DNA of 64,000 nucleotides from Octopus sinensis (Eukaryota): NCBI RefSeq assembly GCF_006345805.1, contig NC_043012.1, forward strand, positions 28,582,001-28,646,000, written 5' to 3'. The notes below the pieces were generated by a model, which was not told the DNA's origin, made no database searches, and saw only the letters and a list, made by a program, of their open reading frames with translations. This document shows positions 24,792 to 37,036 of the stretch, one piece after another. Made by a program: the position numbers and the translations under genes. Numbering within the stretch: the first letter of the stretch is position 1; each line of letters begins with the position of its first letter.

Positions 24792-25449
24792 TAAACCGGG
24801 AGCGGAAGAGGCTGTGCCTCCGGAAAAAGGTGATAGGGTCTTAGTAGCGTTTATAAATAATACCGGCACCCATAGCCCTTGGTAACAAATTCTGAAATAG
24901 CCTTTAAGATATCTACGATTGACCACTGCAAGGGGAATTACTCCTGTAAGACAAACGGGGCTTGGTTTTTTCACAGCGGGGGGTTTCCTTGACAAGGTAG
25001 GCTTAGATGAACACACACACACATAAAACATAATATATATATATAATTTTTTTATTTTTTCTTTCTGCCACCAACGGTTATCACAGCAGTAGCCACTGAC
25101 AGCCGAACGATCAAACGCACACACGTACACAAAAAATGTTTTCTACCCCTACGCCAACACACACATATATAGAACAGTATACACACACACACGTCTCTAA
25201 GTAGATTTTTTCTCGCCACTTATAAAACATCCAATATTCTTAAATAGTCAGAACTTTATTCTCGGTCACAAAGAACATCTATACACCCTCACCCACATGA
25301 TTGACCGATGCCTGACCCGTTGAATTCTTCAGCCACCGGTTCTCAACGTACACTGATAAACAGTTTCGCCATGGGCTCTTAGGAGCACAGTTCGATTTGT
25401 TTTTTGCTCCGCCTCTGTTCTGTTTTTGTTTTTCCAACGGATTTCCTTT

Positions 25450-25537
25450 TTTCTTCCTGAAGAGAAGACACAATATGGTCCCATTATTCAATCGGATTTT
25501 GGTAATTTGTGCCTTTCGAAACACGTGTAGAATGAAA
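25450..25537 (+). ncRNA. Type I hammerhead ribozyme (right arm copy)
   Basis: Same motif with a 1-nt deletion in stem II. Confidence 0.75.
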
Positions 25538-25745
25538 TAAAACGATTTCTGTTCAATCTGCGTTCAGCTCCATTTCTTCAATTCACCAATAATGTTTTAA
25601 TTTCAATTATCCGCACCAACGCACGGTTGCAACGCCAGATGGTTGTACCTCCAACCGTGCTGTTTACTGCTGTGATTTTTGCTACTAAGGTATCGGTTAA
25701 ACTGTTGATTAATCTACTACAAGATTATTCATCTTTCTATTTCAC

Positions 25746-25785
<40 letters not shown>

Positions 25786-25786
<1 letters not shown>

Positions 25787-26191
25787 TCTTTTGATTCTTC
25801 TACTTGTTTCAGTCATTTGACAGCGGCCATGCTGGAGCACCGCCTTAAAGAGTTTTACTCAAAGAAACCAACCCCAGGACTTATTCTTTGTAAGCCTAGA
25901 ACTAATTACATCGGTCTCTTTGGCCGAACCGCTAAGTTATAGAGGCATAAACATATCAGCATCGGTTGTCTAGCAGTGGCGGGAGGAAAAACACAGACAT
26001 ACACATAAATATATTCATACATATACGACAGACTGCTTTCAGTTTCTGCGTACCACATCCACTCACAAGGCTTTGGTCGGTCCGAGGCCGAGGCTATAGC
26101 AAAAAACAACTGTCCAAAGTGCCATGCAGTGGGACTGAACAAAGAACCATGTGGTGGGAAACAAGCTTCTTATCACACAGCTACGCCTGCG

Positions 26192-26194
<3 letters not shown>
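25786..26194 (-). mobile_element. SINE A, full length
   Basis: Reverse complement from the tail to the head CCTGCGCCT. Confidence 0.85.
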
Positions 26195-26243
<49 letters not shown>

Positions 26244-26354
26244 GATGAATATGGTATTTAAGTTGAGGCACCAGAAGTTAGTACGGTATTAACCATACAA
26301 TTTTCAACGTAAGGTGATTAAAATCAAAATAAGCAACAAGGATATCCAGAGGTA

Positions 26355-26443
26355 ATGCAGTATGATCGTTTCATGCAACTCCATTTAATTGAACAATGCA
26401 ATCATAATATCAATTTAAAATGCAGAGCAATCCTCAGCTGCAC
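26355..26443 (-). ncRNA. Degenerate type I hammerhead
   Basis: GTGCAG-CTGAGGA-...GAGTTGCAT-GAAA-CGATCA-TA^CTGCAT. Stem I 6 bp, stem II imperfect. Confidence 0.55.
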
Positions 26444-27164
26444 AAAGACATAGAATTTAATTCAATTAAAACAGATGGACACATTAGTATAATTTTACTT
26501 AAAATATCTCCAAGAAGGTAAGGAGATAGACAAAGAACATGATGTCTTCACTCCAGCATAGAAGCTACTAAGATATCAAGAAGATATACATTGTTACTCT
26601 GCCTGTCACTGATTTTTTTGTTTTTATGGGGTCACTTTTAACTTATAGACGAGTTTATCAAATCCTTGTATATCTAAGGCTGAGAGAACAAAGGGGCAGT
26701 ATCTGTTCGGGGTAGGGCTGAGGGAGCAGATAAAAATCATAGTTGGTATAGTCATAAAAATCAAGATTTATTAGAAGCAATATCACAAGGTTTGGTAAAG
26801 GAAAACTTAAAACAAGATGTTAGCTGACAATTAAGGGGGTCGCTCACTAGCAGACTATTCATAATGAAACAGACACACACATGCATCGAATTATGCCCAA
26901 ACGAACACAAATGCAATGCTCATTTTCCATTCATCTGGGTTGCTTTTCATTCGAAATTATGACAGTGTCAGCTCCTAAAAACTGCGTAAATAAGGAGGTA
27001 GTGTTTGGAGGTTTTCCTAGGAAGGTCGTGCTTCTATATAGACCTGAAATTTATGATGTGTACGGTCGATCACTTTCCACTTCAGCCAAGCCCACATCAA
27101 CTTCTTCACGTCTCATTTTGAAGGAAAACTGAGGGTGGAGAGATAGGTACTATCCCCCACCCCG

Positions 27165-27460
27165 TAAATTTGTTGAATGATGAGTGAATGTAGCGAAAAT
27201 GGTTCCAGTAAATGGGCGTACTCTTAGCATGCGCCTGGAATTTACGCAGGAGAGAAGAATTCATGCTATAGTGCACCTGGTGTGTATGGCGACTTGGGAT
27301 CTCTGGGGATCCTTAGTCTTTCCTGGGTGACGCTCTCCCCTACTGGGGATCTTCATTGTTTTCATGTTTAGTGTTTTTATTGTTTACACGTATTTTATGT
27401 AAACTCTGATGTCCCTTTTTTTGTATCATCCTTTTGTTTTGTGTGCAGCACTTGTGCCTC
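27165..27460 (+). mobile_element. Tx1-like 3' terminal fragment
   Basis: Similar to 32300-32610 (GAAAATGG..AGT(G/A)AATGG..TACTC, T-rich 3' UTR). Confidence 0.5.
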
Positions 27461-27665
27461 GGCAGAATCGTTAGCAGGCCGGGCAAAATGCTTAGCGGCA
27501 TTTCGTCTGTCTTTATGTTCTGAGTTCAAATTCCGCTGTGGTCGACTTTGCCTTTCATTCTTTCGGGGTCGATGAAATAAGTACCATTTGCGTACTGCGG
27601 TCGATATAATTGACTAGCCCCTTCCCCAAAATGTCAGGCATTGTGCCTTTAGTAGAAAGGATTAT
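27461..27665 (+). mobile_element. SINE B
   Basis: GGCAGAATCGTTAGC...GAGTTCAAATTCC...GGGGTCGAT. Confidence 0.85.
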
Positions 27666-27699
27666 TATTATATTTTAGCTTGATTTCGGAGCACTTCGA

Positions 27700-28420
27700 G
27701 CTGTTGCGGTTAGTTCAATTTTTTGGACATCGTGTATATTTTATTTTCCAGGTACTTTATTAATGAAGACCGAAGACTCCTTTGCAACCATTCTTACTAC
27801 TACTGGTAAAGTAACTGTTTTCAGTTTCTACATCCTGGTGATTTCTATCTCTAGGTCCTTGTATTTAGCTAACTTTTCGAATTCTTTGACAAATATTTTC
27901 ATCAGCTGGTACTGTCATATCTGGTAGATAGCAGGCATTTTGTCGATGATCTTTGATAACAATATCAAGTTTATTGGTATTTATCGGTCTGTCAATAATG
28001 ATGGTGAAGTCTCACAGAATAGTAACTTTCTCTTTGTGACTGGTTTCGAGTGGAATTCATACTCTATTTGGCCATGCCTAATTTTGTACACGGTTATTGC
28101 GAGTTAAGAGCAGCCAGCCACATTCTGGTCGATGGTTTAAGCGCTGTTATCACATAGTCTACCGTCTACTATGGAGAATGTTGCTTGGAACTTGTGGGTA
28201 GAGATTGCCATTATAAAACCTTCAGTTTCTGCCTTTATACTAGAACCGTACAATCACTGATGTGTTTTTTCTTTATCAATATCTACTTCTCTTGTTCGTT
28301 TGGGATACTGACCACAGAGCGGTTTCTCTTGCCATTTGTTTACTAACTTTTTCAGGCCTTCATTGTTAGCTTTTTGTTTGTCGTGTTTTGTTGCTTCAAG
28401 ATTTTTTTAGCTTTGACATT
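27700..28420 (-). mobile_element. R4/Dong-like non-LTR element, 3' part (RLE), decayed
   Basis: KWQEKPL.GQY...DIDKEKTHQWL..S.IKAETEGF...KLAKYKDLEIEITRM, homologous to 33595-35278. Confidence 0.75.
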
Positions 28421-28429
28421 ATCATTTAC

Positions 28430-29330
28430 ATCTAAGTTCAGTCCTCTTTTATTCTTCTTTGCCTCTTTAGTGACAGAATGTAAATTTTGTTTCCTTCGTT
28501 TTGATTTGCTAAATCACGCCGGATGGAAAATGTTTCTGAGAGCCAAATCCAAAAATATTTTGGGCGTGTGTTGGAACAGAAGACCCACATCAACCGCAGA
28601 AAGAAGTTTGGGTCTACTGAAGTTAGATTTGGGACTGAAGAAACCAAGTATCATTCCGCGACGACTTTGAGGAATGAAGACTTCTTGGGTTTCAGGTATG
28701 ACTATTTTCACAGACTTCCTTTTGGTCGAGGTGGGTGTGGGGAAATGATTTTCTACTAAGTTGTTTTTGGTGGGTACTTACTAAACTCTCCAATGTCTTG
28801 GGGGAATTTTTGTTTCAAATCCAGATATGTATCCGTATCTGTTTGGATTAGTATCCTGTCCGATGTAGATTTCGGGAGGAGTTACGCAAAACCTTCTTCA
28901 CTTGTTACAATGTTTTTGTTATCAATTACTTCCTTAATCAATTCAATGTTGCTCTTCTTAACAGCATTGATGAAGTTGATGAAGGAAGTAGGAAATCGAG
29001 ACTGTGACTGTTGGACATTTTGTTTTTCGGTTTTCTCTTTTTGTTTGCGAGTTATTCTTGTGATGAAGATGTTGATATTAGTGTTGATTTGTTTTTAAAT
29101 TGGTGGTGTGGCGGATTTTGTTTTTTACCGTCATGCTTTAGGGCTTCAATTTTGGCCGGTCTCTGTTTGCTTCGGATCCAGTTTTCCTCTTATCCCCGAT
29201 AAAAGCCTTTTGGTGTGATGTTAATGAGGCCTTTGCTTTTGTGAGACCTGAGTCTAAGGAAAGAGATAGTAGTTTGTCGACGAGTTGTTAGTAACGGTGT
29301 AGAGCTTCGTGCTTTCTCCACCGCGGGGTA
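28430..29330 (-). mobile_element. LINE ORF1 (gag-like) relic
   Basis: Coding-like stretch with stops and degenerate Cys/His knuckles near 28500-28600. Confidence 0.35.
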
Positions 29331-29389
29331 AAAGGCTTTGAGGTGGTTCGTATTCCCAAATAAAAAATACTTCGTTTTTTTTCCCTTCT

Positions 29390-32300
29390 ATATAAACGGG
29401 CATATGTTCGATTGGCACCGTATATGCTCCGACACGCGATGGAAGGCCAGATTTCTTCAGGGATCAAGAAACATTCTTGTGAACCTCTCGCACTTTAGTT
29501 CTAGTGGGGGACTGGAATAGAATTTTGAACGTGTGGAAGGATTGTGCGGGTTTAGTATATAGAAGCGGGTGGCTGTAAAAGCCTCGAAAACTGCTCAGAA
29601 ACTTCAAGCTGTCTGACAGTTATCAACAAGATTTTCCTGGTGTGCAGTGTGGATATGGATCATCCAAATCGTATTTAGATAGAGTATTTGTTTTGTTAGG
29701 GGATAGGGATACCATTGGTTGTTCACAATTTAAATTGGTTGGCTACACAGATCACAAATTTCTGATATACACAGTTGATTTAGATAGGATCCGTAGACAG
29801 GGACCTGGTTACTGGAAGTTAAATGCATCATTCCGGCACATAAAGATTACAGGGATGGAATTGGCGAACTAGTTAAGCAATTGATAGGGGTAATCATCAG
29901 TAACCGGTGGTAGATCGCCCTGAAGAGAGCGATTAGAGCAGAATCTATAGCGCTTAGCAAAGAGGTAGCAATAGAAAGAAATAGATTAGAGGGAGAACTA
30001 GTCAGCAAATTAGAAGAGGTGGTTAGTAAGGGCATCGCGAACGACGTGTTAGCGGCGAGAATGGCTCTTGACCATTTCTTTGAGGCGAAACACAAAGGAT
30101 ACATTGTCAGAGCTAAGACCCGTGTGCTAAAACACGAAGGAACTGAAGCCATCCGATGGGCCCGAACGGTAGAGACGCGGCGTGGAAGCAAAACCACGAT
30201 TAGGTCTTTGACAGACCGTGAGCTACTCGGTTCTGAGTAGATGTGTGCTGCTTTCCAGCAGCACTTTATGTGACTGTTTGGGGAAAGTGATGGGTCGACG
30301 ATGATAGCAGACTTTACTTCGTACCTGGATGACCTACCGCGGCTCTCAGTAGCAGACGCGAGATTCTACGAAAAGCCGATTACTTCACTGAAATACGGGA
30401 GGTGATAAGCGATTGCACGAGTCGCCCGGTTTAGATGGTTAGCCGGTGTGTGGTGGCAGTGCTGAAGAATGACGTCGACAATGGGGGCGTACTAGGAAAT
30501 TTTCGGCCCATAACACTGCTAAGCACAGAGTTTAAGATTTTGGCCAAGGTGTTAGCGAAAAGGTTGGTGCTTGTCGTTGATAGTCTAGTAGGAGAAACAC
30601 AAATCTGCGCATTCCCGAACAGGTCTATACGCGACAAACTCCACCTTATGCGATACATCATAGAGAGGGTCGGGACTAAAACTGGCTTCAGTCGGGCCCT
30701 AAGCAATTTAGGTTAATCGAAAGCATTTGATAGGGACTTAGAAGCTGTCCTTAAAGCGACCAGTTTTCAGAGGCTGGATCGCTACAATGCATAACGGCAC
30801 CTGCGTAGTGGTCAAAGTAAATGGCCATCTTTCGGAACCGTTTTGCATCACACGCCTGGTCCGTCAGGGCTGCTCGCTGTCATCTCTTCTGTATGGGCTA
30901 GCTTTCGAGCCACTGCTTCGGAAGCTGGAACAGTTAAGAGGTCTGCCTTTCGAAATTGGACTCGGGAGGGCAGTGTCAGCATACACGGACGACGTCATCA
31001 TGGTATCGGACGACTCCGAAGTGAAGACGTTTGGCTTCATTCTAGAGCAATATGAGTCGGTTTCAGGGGCCAAAATCAACGCTGAGAAGTCGGTGGGCTT
31101 GCGACTGAGCACCTGGAGAGGCAGGTCGATACCGTCAGACGTTGGATTGACGAACCAGTTAAACTGCCCGGGGTTTGGTTCGGTCCCTACCTCCAGGTGG
31201 ATAAGAACGGGGACGAGGTGACGAACAGGGTGGCCAGTCTTACCCAGAAATGGGCAGAGAGGAAGCTGTCCTTGAAAGGTCGGGTAGAGGTGGCGAATGC
31301 CTACATCGCCTCTACCATCATTTATCGTCATCATTTATCCATCAACATTTATCCGCCATCATTCATCGTCTGGCCGTCGTGCCTTGCCCCAACTTGATCA
31401 AGTTGGAGCATCTCTTGCTCATTTTCTTATGGAAAGGATGCCTTCCAATGGTTAGGCGATCAGTCTGCTGCTAGCTCCATCTGAGTGGGGGCTTAAGCAC
31501 GCCGTGGCTTTTGATGCGCAGACAAGTGCACAGGCTGTGCCAACTGCAACGACTTTTAGAAGATGAACTTATGTGGACTCCGTTTGTGAGGCACATCTTT
31601 CCGCAACTCGTCTCTTTGACGGAGCTGCAGTTTGGGTGAAGGATAGACCAAGACTGGGCGCCTGGCGCTTAAAATGTTGTCAGGCACTCACTGTCCTCTA
31701 CAAGATGAGCAATAGGATCGGGGTATGTTCCACTTTAGCTATATAGAGAGGATTAGTAACGGGGAAATGCGACGACGTCCTAGGGAAGACTCTGTGCATC
31801 GACGAAGACGAATTGGCTAGTCTGTTGCGGAGCACGTTTCGGTCGGAGACTATTATGGATAATTTCCAGATGTCTCTGGCTTGGCAGTGCTACCGGCGGG
31901 GTCGCCACATGTTCGAGATAAACTCTATAGTCACGAATGTGCTGACGGATGGGCTTGTTCGAGGTGCTCGTAGAGCGACGAAACTGTTCTGCATGCACTC
32001 GTTCAGTGTCTGGGCATTGCTGACTTGAGGAGTTATGTCGAATGTGAGACGGCTCCGTTTGTCGCGTGTGAGACGGCTCCGTTTGTCAGCCGAGTCCATA
32101 ATGATGATTTCCTCGCTGTCCACCTTTAATTGGGCAGGCAAGGCAGTTTTCTTTTGTCTGGCAGCTGTGGTGAAAGAGGTTGTCTGGTAGATGAGGCTGA
32201 AAGGAATGCGGACAGAAACATTCCTGTTTGATAAAACCCACATCGACTTTTTCAAATTAGTGTGGAGTGGGAGATGGTGTCCGCGAGTGAATTTATGAAA

Positions 32301-32612
32301 GGTGGGTAAAGGTTGCGAAAATGGCATGAGTGAATGGTACTACTCACAGTGTAGATCTGTGAGTCGGAAGAAAGAAGTTGGAAATGGCACTTGTCCTTGG
32401 TATTCAGGGTGATCTTGAATGTTGGGGTTCCTCGATCATCCTTAGATGTATCAGGAGAACCCCATCACTATTTTTTCCTTAGTGCCGTATACTATGTATA
32501 TTTCCTTTCTTCTAATGTATACCGTGTATACTTTTTTTATCATTCCATTATCCTTAAACCCCTAAACTTTATGTTTGTCTTTATGTTTGCCCCGGTGGCA
32601 AATAAAAGAAAT
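29390..32612 (+). mobile_element. Tx1/L1-like ORF2 (APE plus RT) pseudogene with 3' UTR
   Basis: VYAP...LVGDWN; YLDRVF...TDHK...GPGYWKLNAS; FRPITLLSTEFKILAKVLAKRL; VRQGCSLSSLLY; SAYTDDV; ends AATAAAAGAA. Confidence 0.9.
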
Positions 32613-32722
32613 CGTTATTATTATTTTTATCATTGGCGTCGATGTAATTGACTAACCCCCTTCCCTCAAACATCAGGTCTTGTGCCTTGTGCCTATTGTA
32701 GAAAGGATTCATCTTTTCTGTT

Positions 32723-33480
32723 TGGTTGCCAGCGGCTCCAAAAATTGAAGTTTACCGAAAATTTTAAAATTTGTTACAATAATACCCTTGCCCAAACTGA
32801 ATTGCTGGAGTTATTTCATTTTCCCCAGAGAAATGTTTTTAAAAAAGTTATAGAGGATTAAAGTTTGCTCATTTTCATTCCGTCAAGAAACAGGATTTGG
32901 AAACTGTCATTTTGTGCGTGACTGCACATTTTGTCAACATCCTGAACACAGCACGTGTCGTCAATATTTGTAAAGAATGTGTTATGTCTCCAATAATTTT
33001 CTTTCATGTATATAACTGTTTATGTTAATTTAAAAGAGAAAAACAGTTTTTAAATCTCTGAGCGAGATGTTGGCAAATAAACTTTAATTTAAAAGATTTA
33101 TCCAAAAAATCTTACTTTAGCACACCTCACAATCATCTCAATGCTGAATGACAAAAAAAAAAACATTAAACAAACAATTTAAATATGTTTAATTACAATT
33201 TAAATATGCATACAGAAAGCCTGTCTGGTCTCGCGGCAGACACCTCCGAAAACCCACTGCTCAGGTAGGACCCTTCCTCGGTTGATTGCTCTTAACACGT
33301 GCTTCCTCTCAGACTTTTCAAAGACTGGCAACAGGCAAAAGAATTCTTGTTACTATTGAAACAGACATGAATGTGTCTGTGGCTTACGATTGGCTGAAAT
33401 TACCATAATTTTCAAACTTTAATTACTGAATATGAAATCAATTCGAACAGAAAATTGACGCTGGCAGCCGCTGGCAACCA
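32723..33480 (-). mobile_element. Non-autonomous Merlin (IS1595-like) derivative with 15-bp terminal inverted repeat
   Basis: TGGTTGCCAGCGGCT (32723) and AGCCGCTGGCAACCA (33466-33480). Minus-strand peptide NRGRVLPEQWVFGGVCRETR. No TSD found. Confidence 0.55.
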
Positions 33481-33594
33481 GAGAAGATCTGAAAGGATTA
33501 TTATTATTATTGTTTTACTTCTCAGAACGTTCAGTCTTGTTTGCTCTGGTAAATTCTGTGAGAGCGGACAACAGGATGTCTCACAGGGCCTCTT

Positions 33595-35278
33595 TCTGCA
33601 TCATCATCATCATCATCATTATTCAGTAGTTTTATTTTTATAGCGTGCTTTCACTTCACTACCGAGCGCAGCTCTGTGTGCCTTGGGCATGTGTTGTGAT
33701 TTGCTGCGATGCTCTGATGCTTACTCTATTGAAAGTGTTTTGCGTAGGATGTGTGCAGTGTCCAGTAATGCTATTTTCTGTATGTTATATGTGTTTGTAA
33801 GTCCTGGTGTTTTTGTTATGTATTTGTCTGAATATTTTTTTTATCATACCCAATGCGCCTACTACGATTGGAATTGTTTCTGTTTTTAGATTCCACATTC
33901 GAGTTACCTCTATTTCCAGGTCTTTGTATTTTGAAAGTTTCTCCATTTCTTTTAGAGACACGTTGTCATCTGCTGGTATTGATACATCAATTAGAAAACA
34001 TTTTTTTCTTCATGATCTCTGATAACTATATCTGGCCTGTTGGCCTTAATTTCTCTATGTGTGCATTGGCATATCCCAGAGTATGGTTGCTTTCTCGTAT
34101 TCTGTGACCTTTTCTGGTGTGTGCTTAAACCATCTTTTTTTCTGTTGTTATTCCATAATGTTGGCATAGCTTAGCTAGGACTGGGCAGCCAGAGATAATA
34201 TGATTTATTGTTTCTTGTCCATCTCCACATATTCTGCAGTTACTTGTTATGTTTCTTTTCATTATATGCTTTTGGTAATTTCTGGTGGGGAGGCTTTGGT
34301 CTTGTGCTGCAATTAAAAATCCCTCCATCTCTGCTTTGGGTCCTGAGCTTCTCAACCATTGCTGGGATTTTTCTTTGTCTATTTCTTTTGGAATTAGCTT
34401 AGTCCAGTATTTGCCATGAAGGGGCTTTTCTTGCCATCGTTTTATCATGGTCCGTTGCTGTTCTATTTTTAGTTTGGCTTTCATTTGTTTTATAGCTTTT
34501 GTTGTTTCTTCTTCTTCTTCTTCTTCTTCTTCTTCTTCTTCTTCTTCTTCTTCTTCTTCTTCTTCTTCTTCTCTTCTTCTTCTTCTTTCTTCTTCTTCTT
34601 CTTCTTCTTCTTCTTCTTCTTCTTCTTCTTCTTCTTCTTCTTCTTCATATTTGTTAGGTGGTATGATTTCTTGTTTGTATTTGTCAGCTTCCTTAAATAC
34701 TGAGAACAGTTTTTTGTTTTGCTCGTGTTTTGCTGCTATTTGTATCAGTTTTCCTTGCTTCTGAAGTAGATATTTTTGCAGTCCTACGGTGCTTATTTTA
34801 TGATAGTTTTCCAGCTGTATAAGGCCTCTACCACCTTCTATACGTTGTATATGTAGCCTTTCTATGTCAGATTTTGGGTGATGCATCCTAGATCCTGTCA
34901 TTATTTTTCTTGTTTTCCTATCTATTTTGGTTAGTTCCTTTAGCATCCAGTTAAAGATATTGTAGCTGTAACTTACAACTGGGACGGCTAAAGTGTTAAT
35001 ACCCATTATCTTGTTTTTAGCATTGAGCTCTGTTTTTAGTATTGATCTAACTTGTCTATAGTATTCTTTCTTTATTTTCTCTTTCATTTGTGTGTGTTGT
35101 ATCTTATCTAGTTCATGGATTCCTAAATATTTGTATGCCTGGCTTTGGTCTAATTCTCTTATTTCATTGGCTTTATCTAGTGTGATGTTGCTACTCTTAA
35201 CTAGTTTCCTTCTTTTCGGGGTTGCTTTGGCACATTTTTCTAATTCAAATTTCATAACTATTTCCATGGTAAATCCGC
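33595..35278 (-). mobile_element. R4/Dong-like RLE non-LTR retrotransposon, 5'-truncated
   Basis: YKYLG...GGRGL...WQEKPLHG...AAQDQSL...CRICG..ETINHIISGC; RPDIV...KYKDLEIE; (GAT/AAT)n tail; (AAT)n at the 5' junction. Confidence 0.9.
34505..34647. repeat. (TTC)n expansion inside the R4/Dong ORF
   Basis: Direct reading; translates as poly-Glu in frame. Confidence 0.95.
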
Positions 35279-35495
<217 letters not shown>

Positions 35496-35524
35496 ATTTA
35501 GGTAGTATTCAGGCAGAATCATGA

Positions 35525-35720
35525 ACACCTCCGACAGAATGCCAAGCGATACTTCTCTCGACTTTTAAATATCTGAGTTCAAGTCTCGCCGAGATCAACT
35601 TCACCGTTCATCGTTTTGCGGTGGTGGGATAAAATAAAGTACCAGTCAAGTTTTGAGATCGATGTAATCGACTACCCGCCTCCTTAAAATGTCCGGCCTT
35701 GTGCCTAAATCAGAAACACT
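35525..35720 (+). mobile_element. Diverged SINE B
   Basis: CAGAATGCCAAGCG...CTGAGTTCAAGTCTCGCCGAG...GATCGATGTAATCGAC. Confidence 0.65.
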
Positions 35721-36529
35721 ATCACTGTTGTTTAAGCTGATGTTTTCTTCCAAATCTTGTTGCTGCTGTTTAATTGTGGCTGTGTTTGTTGTCATCATCA
35801 TCATCGTCGTTTTCGTTGTTATTGTTGCTGTCGTTCTTGTTGTCATCATCTCTTATGCTGCTGTCGCCATCGGCGTCGTCGTTGTTGTTTGTTCTAGAAG
35901 CGAACATCAGTAAACAACATTTTCATTTTAAATTAGAGACGTCAGTCGTAAATTGTGTGATGATGGCGGTTCAAGGAACAGCAAATATGTTCAAGGAACA
36001 GAAAATATGCAGAAAATATCCTTTCTCCCAACCCAACCAATCAGCAAGGATGATGTGGCACGGAAAAGGAGGACACACACGCGCACACATAGACATAAAC
36101 ACAAAACAACCTGTCAAATAACAACCTTATGTAAAACTGAATGCCAAGATCAAACAGAAATGTTTAATCAATCGAGGCGTCGGTGTCTTTGATCTTTGCA
36201 AGTTCTGTTTATCCAGCTTCCATTTGCCATTGAATATCTCTGTCTACCTATCTGCCTGCCTGCCTGCTTGCCGCTCGCTCTCTTCCGGTTTCTTTTTTCC
36301 CTTCTTTCTCATTTTGGTTTTATTTTTCTTTGGATGATTTCAAAATCCTGTACTACTGATGATTAAGATGATACTCACCATCCTCTTCATTGCGTTACAT
36401 ATCTCCTTCATTCATCATCATCATTACTTGCAGCAACAGTATTACTGAAATCACCAACATTTTATCACGAACATCGCCTGCAGTATTAGAACAACTATAA
36501 CAACAAGCAACAACAGTTGCTTCTGTTAT

Positions 36530-36700
<171 letters not shown>

Positions 36701-36987
36701 TCCAGTACAAAGAAATATTTAGATTTGTTTGTTAAACTGGAATGTTTTCTGTTCAGAAATAAAAAGTAAATAGAAATAAAATATAAAAAGAAACATGTTT
36801 ATTTGCTTATCAAAATATGTTTCAAATATATATATTTAATTCATTGTGTATTTTCGCTATTATTTATCGATATATTTACTTATTTGAAGCAGCAATCAGA
36901 ACTTTCAAAATAAGTGTATATTATAATTGTTTACTCTATCTATGACTTCTATATATTTAGATCAAAGTAAGAAGTATCATTTCCCAT

Positions 36988-37036
<49 letters not shown>

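Larger units (their letters stand above)
23280..25595 (-). mobile_element. PLE-derived palindromic element: ~750-bp inverted arms (23280-24035, 24845-25595) flanking a GIY-YIG-only core
   Basis: Arms are about 99% identical by eye and each carries a hammerhead. The ORF stop codon TAG is the first triplet of the left arm. (TA)n flanks. Confidence 0.85.

Noticed and set aside
32900-32945. VTAHFVN, resembling a hAT transposase motif
   Set aside because: Isolated match. The opposite strand carries a clearer Merlin motif, so it is probably coincidental.
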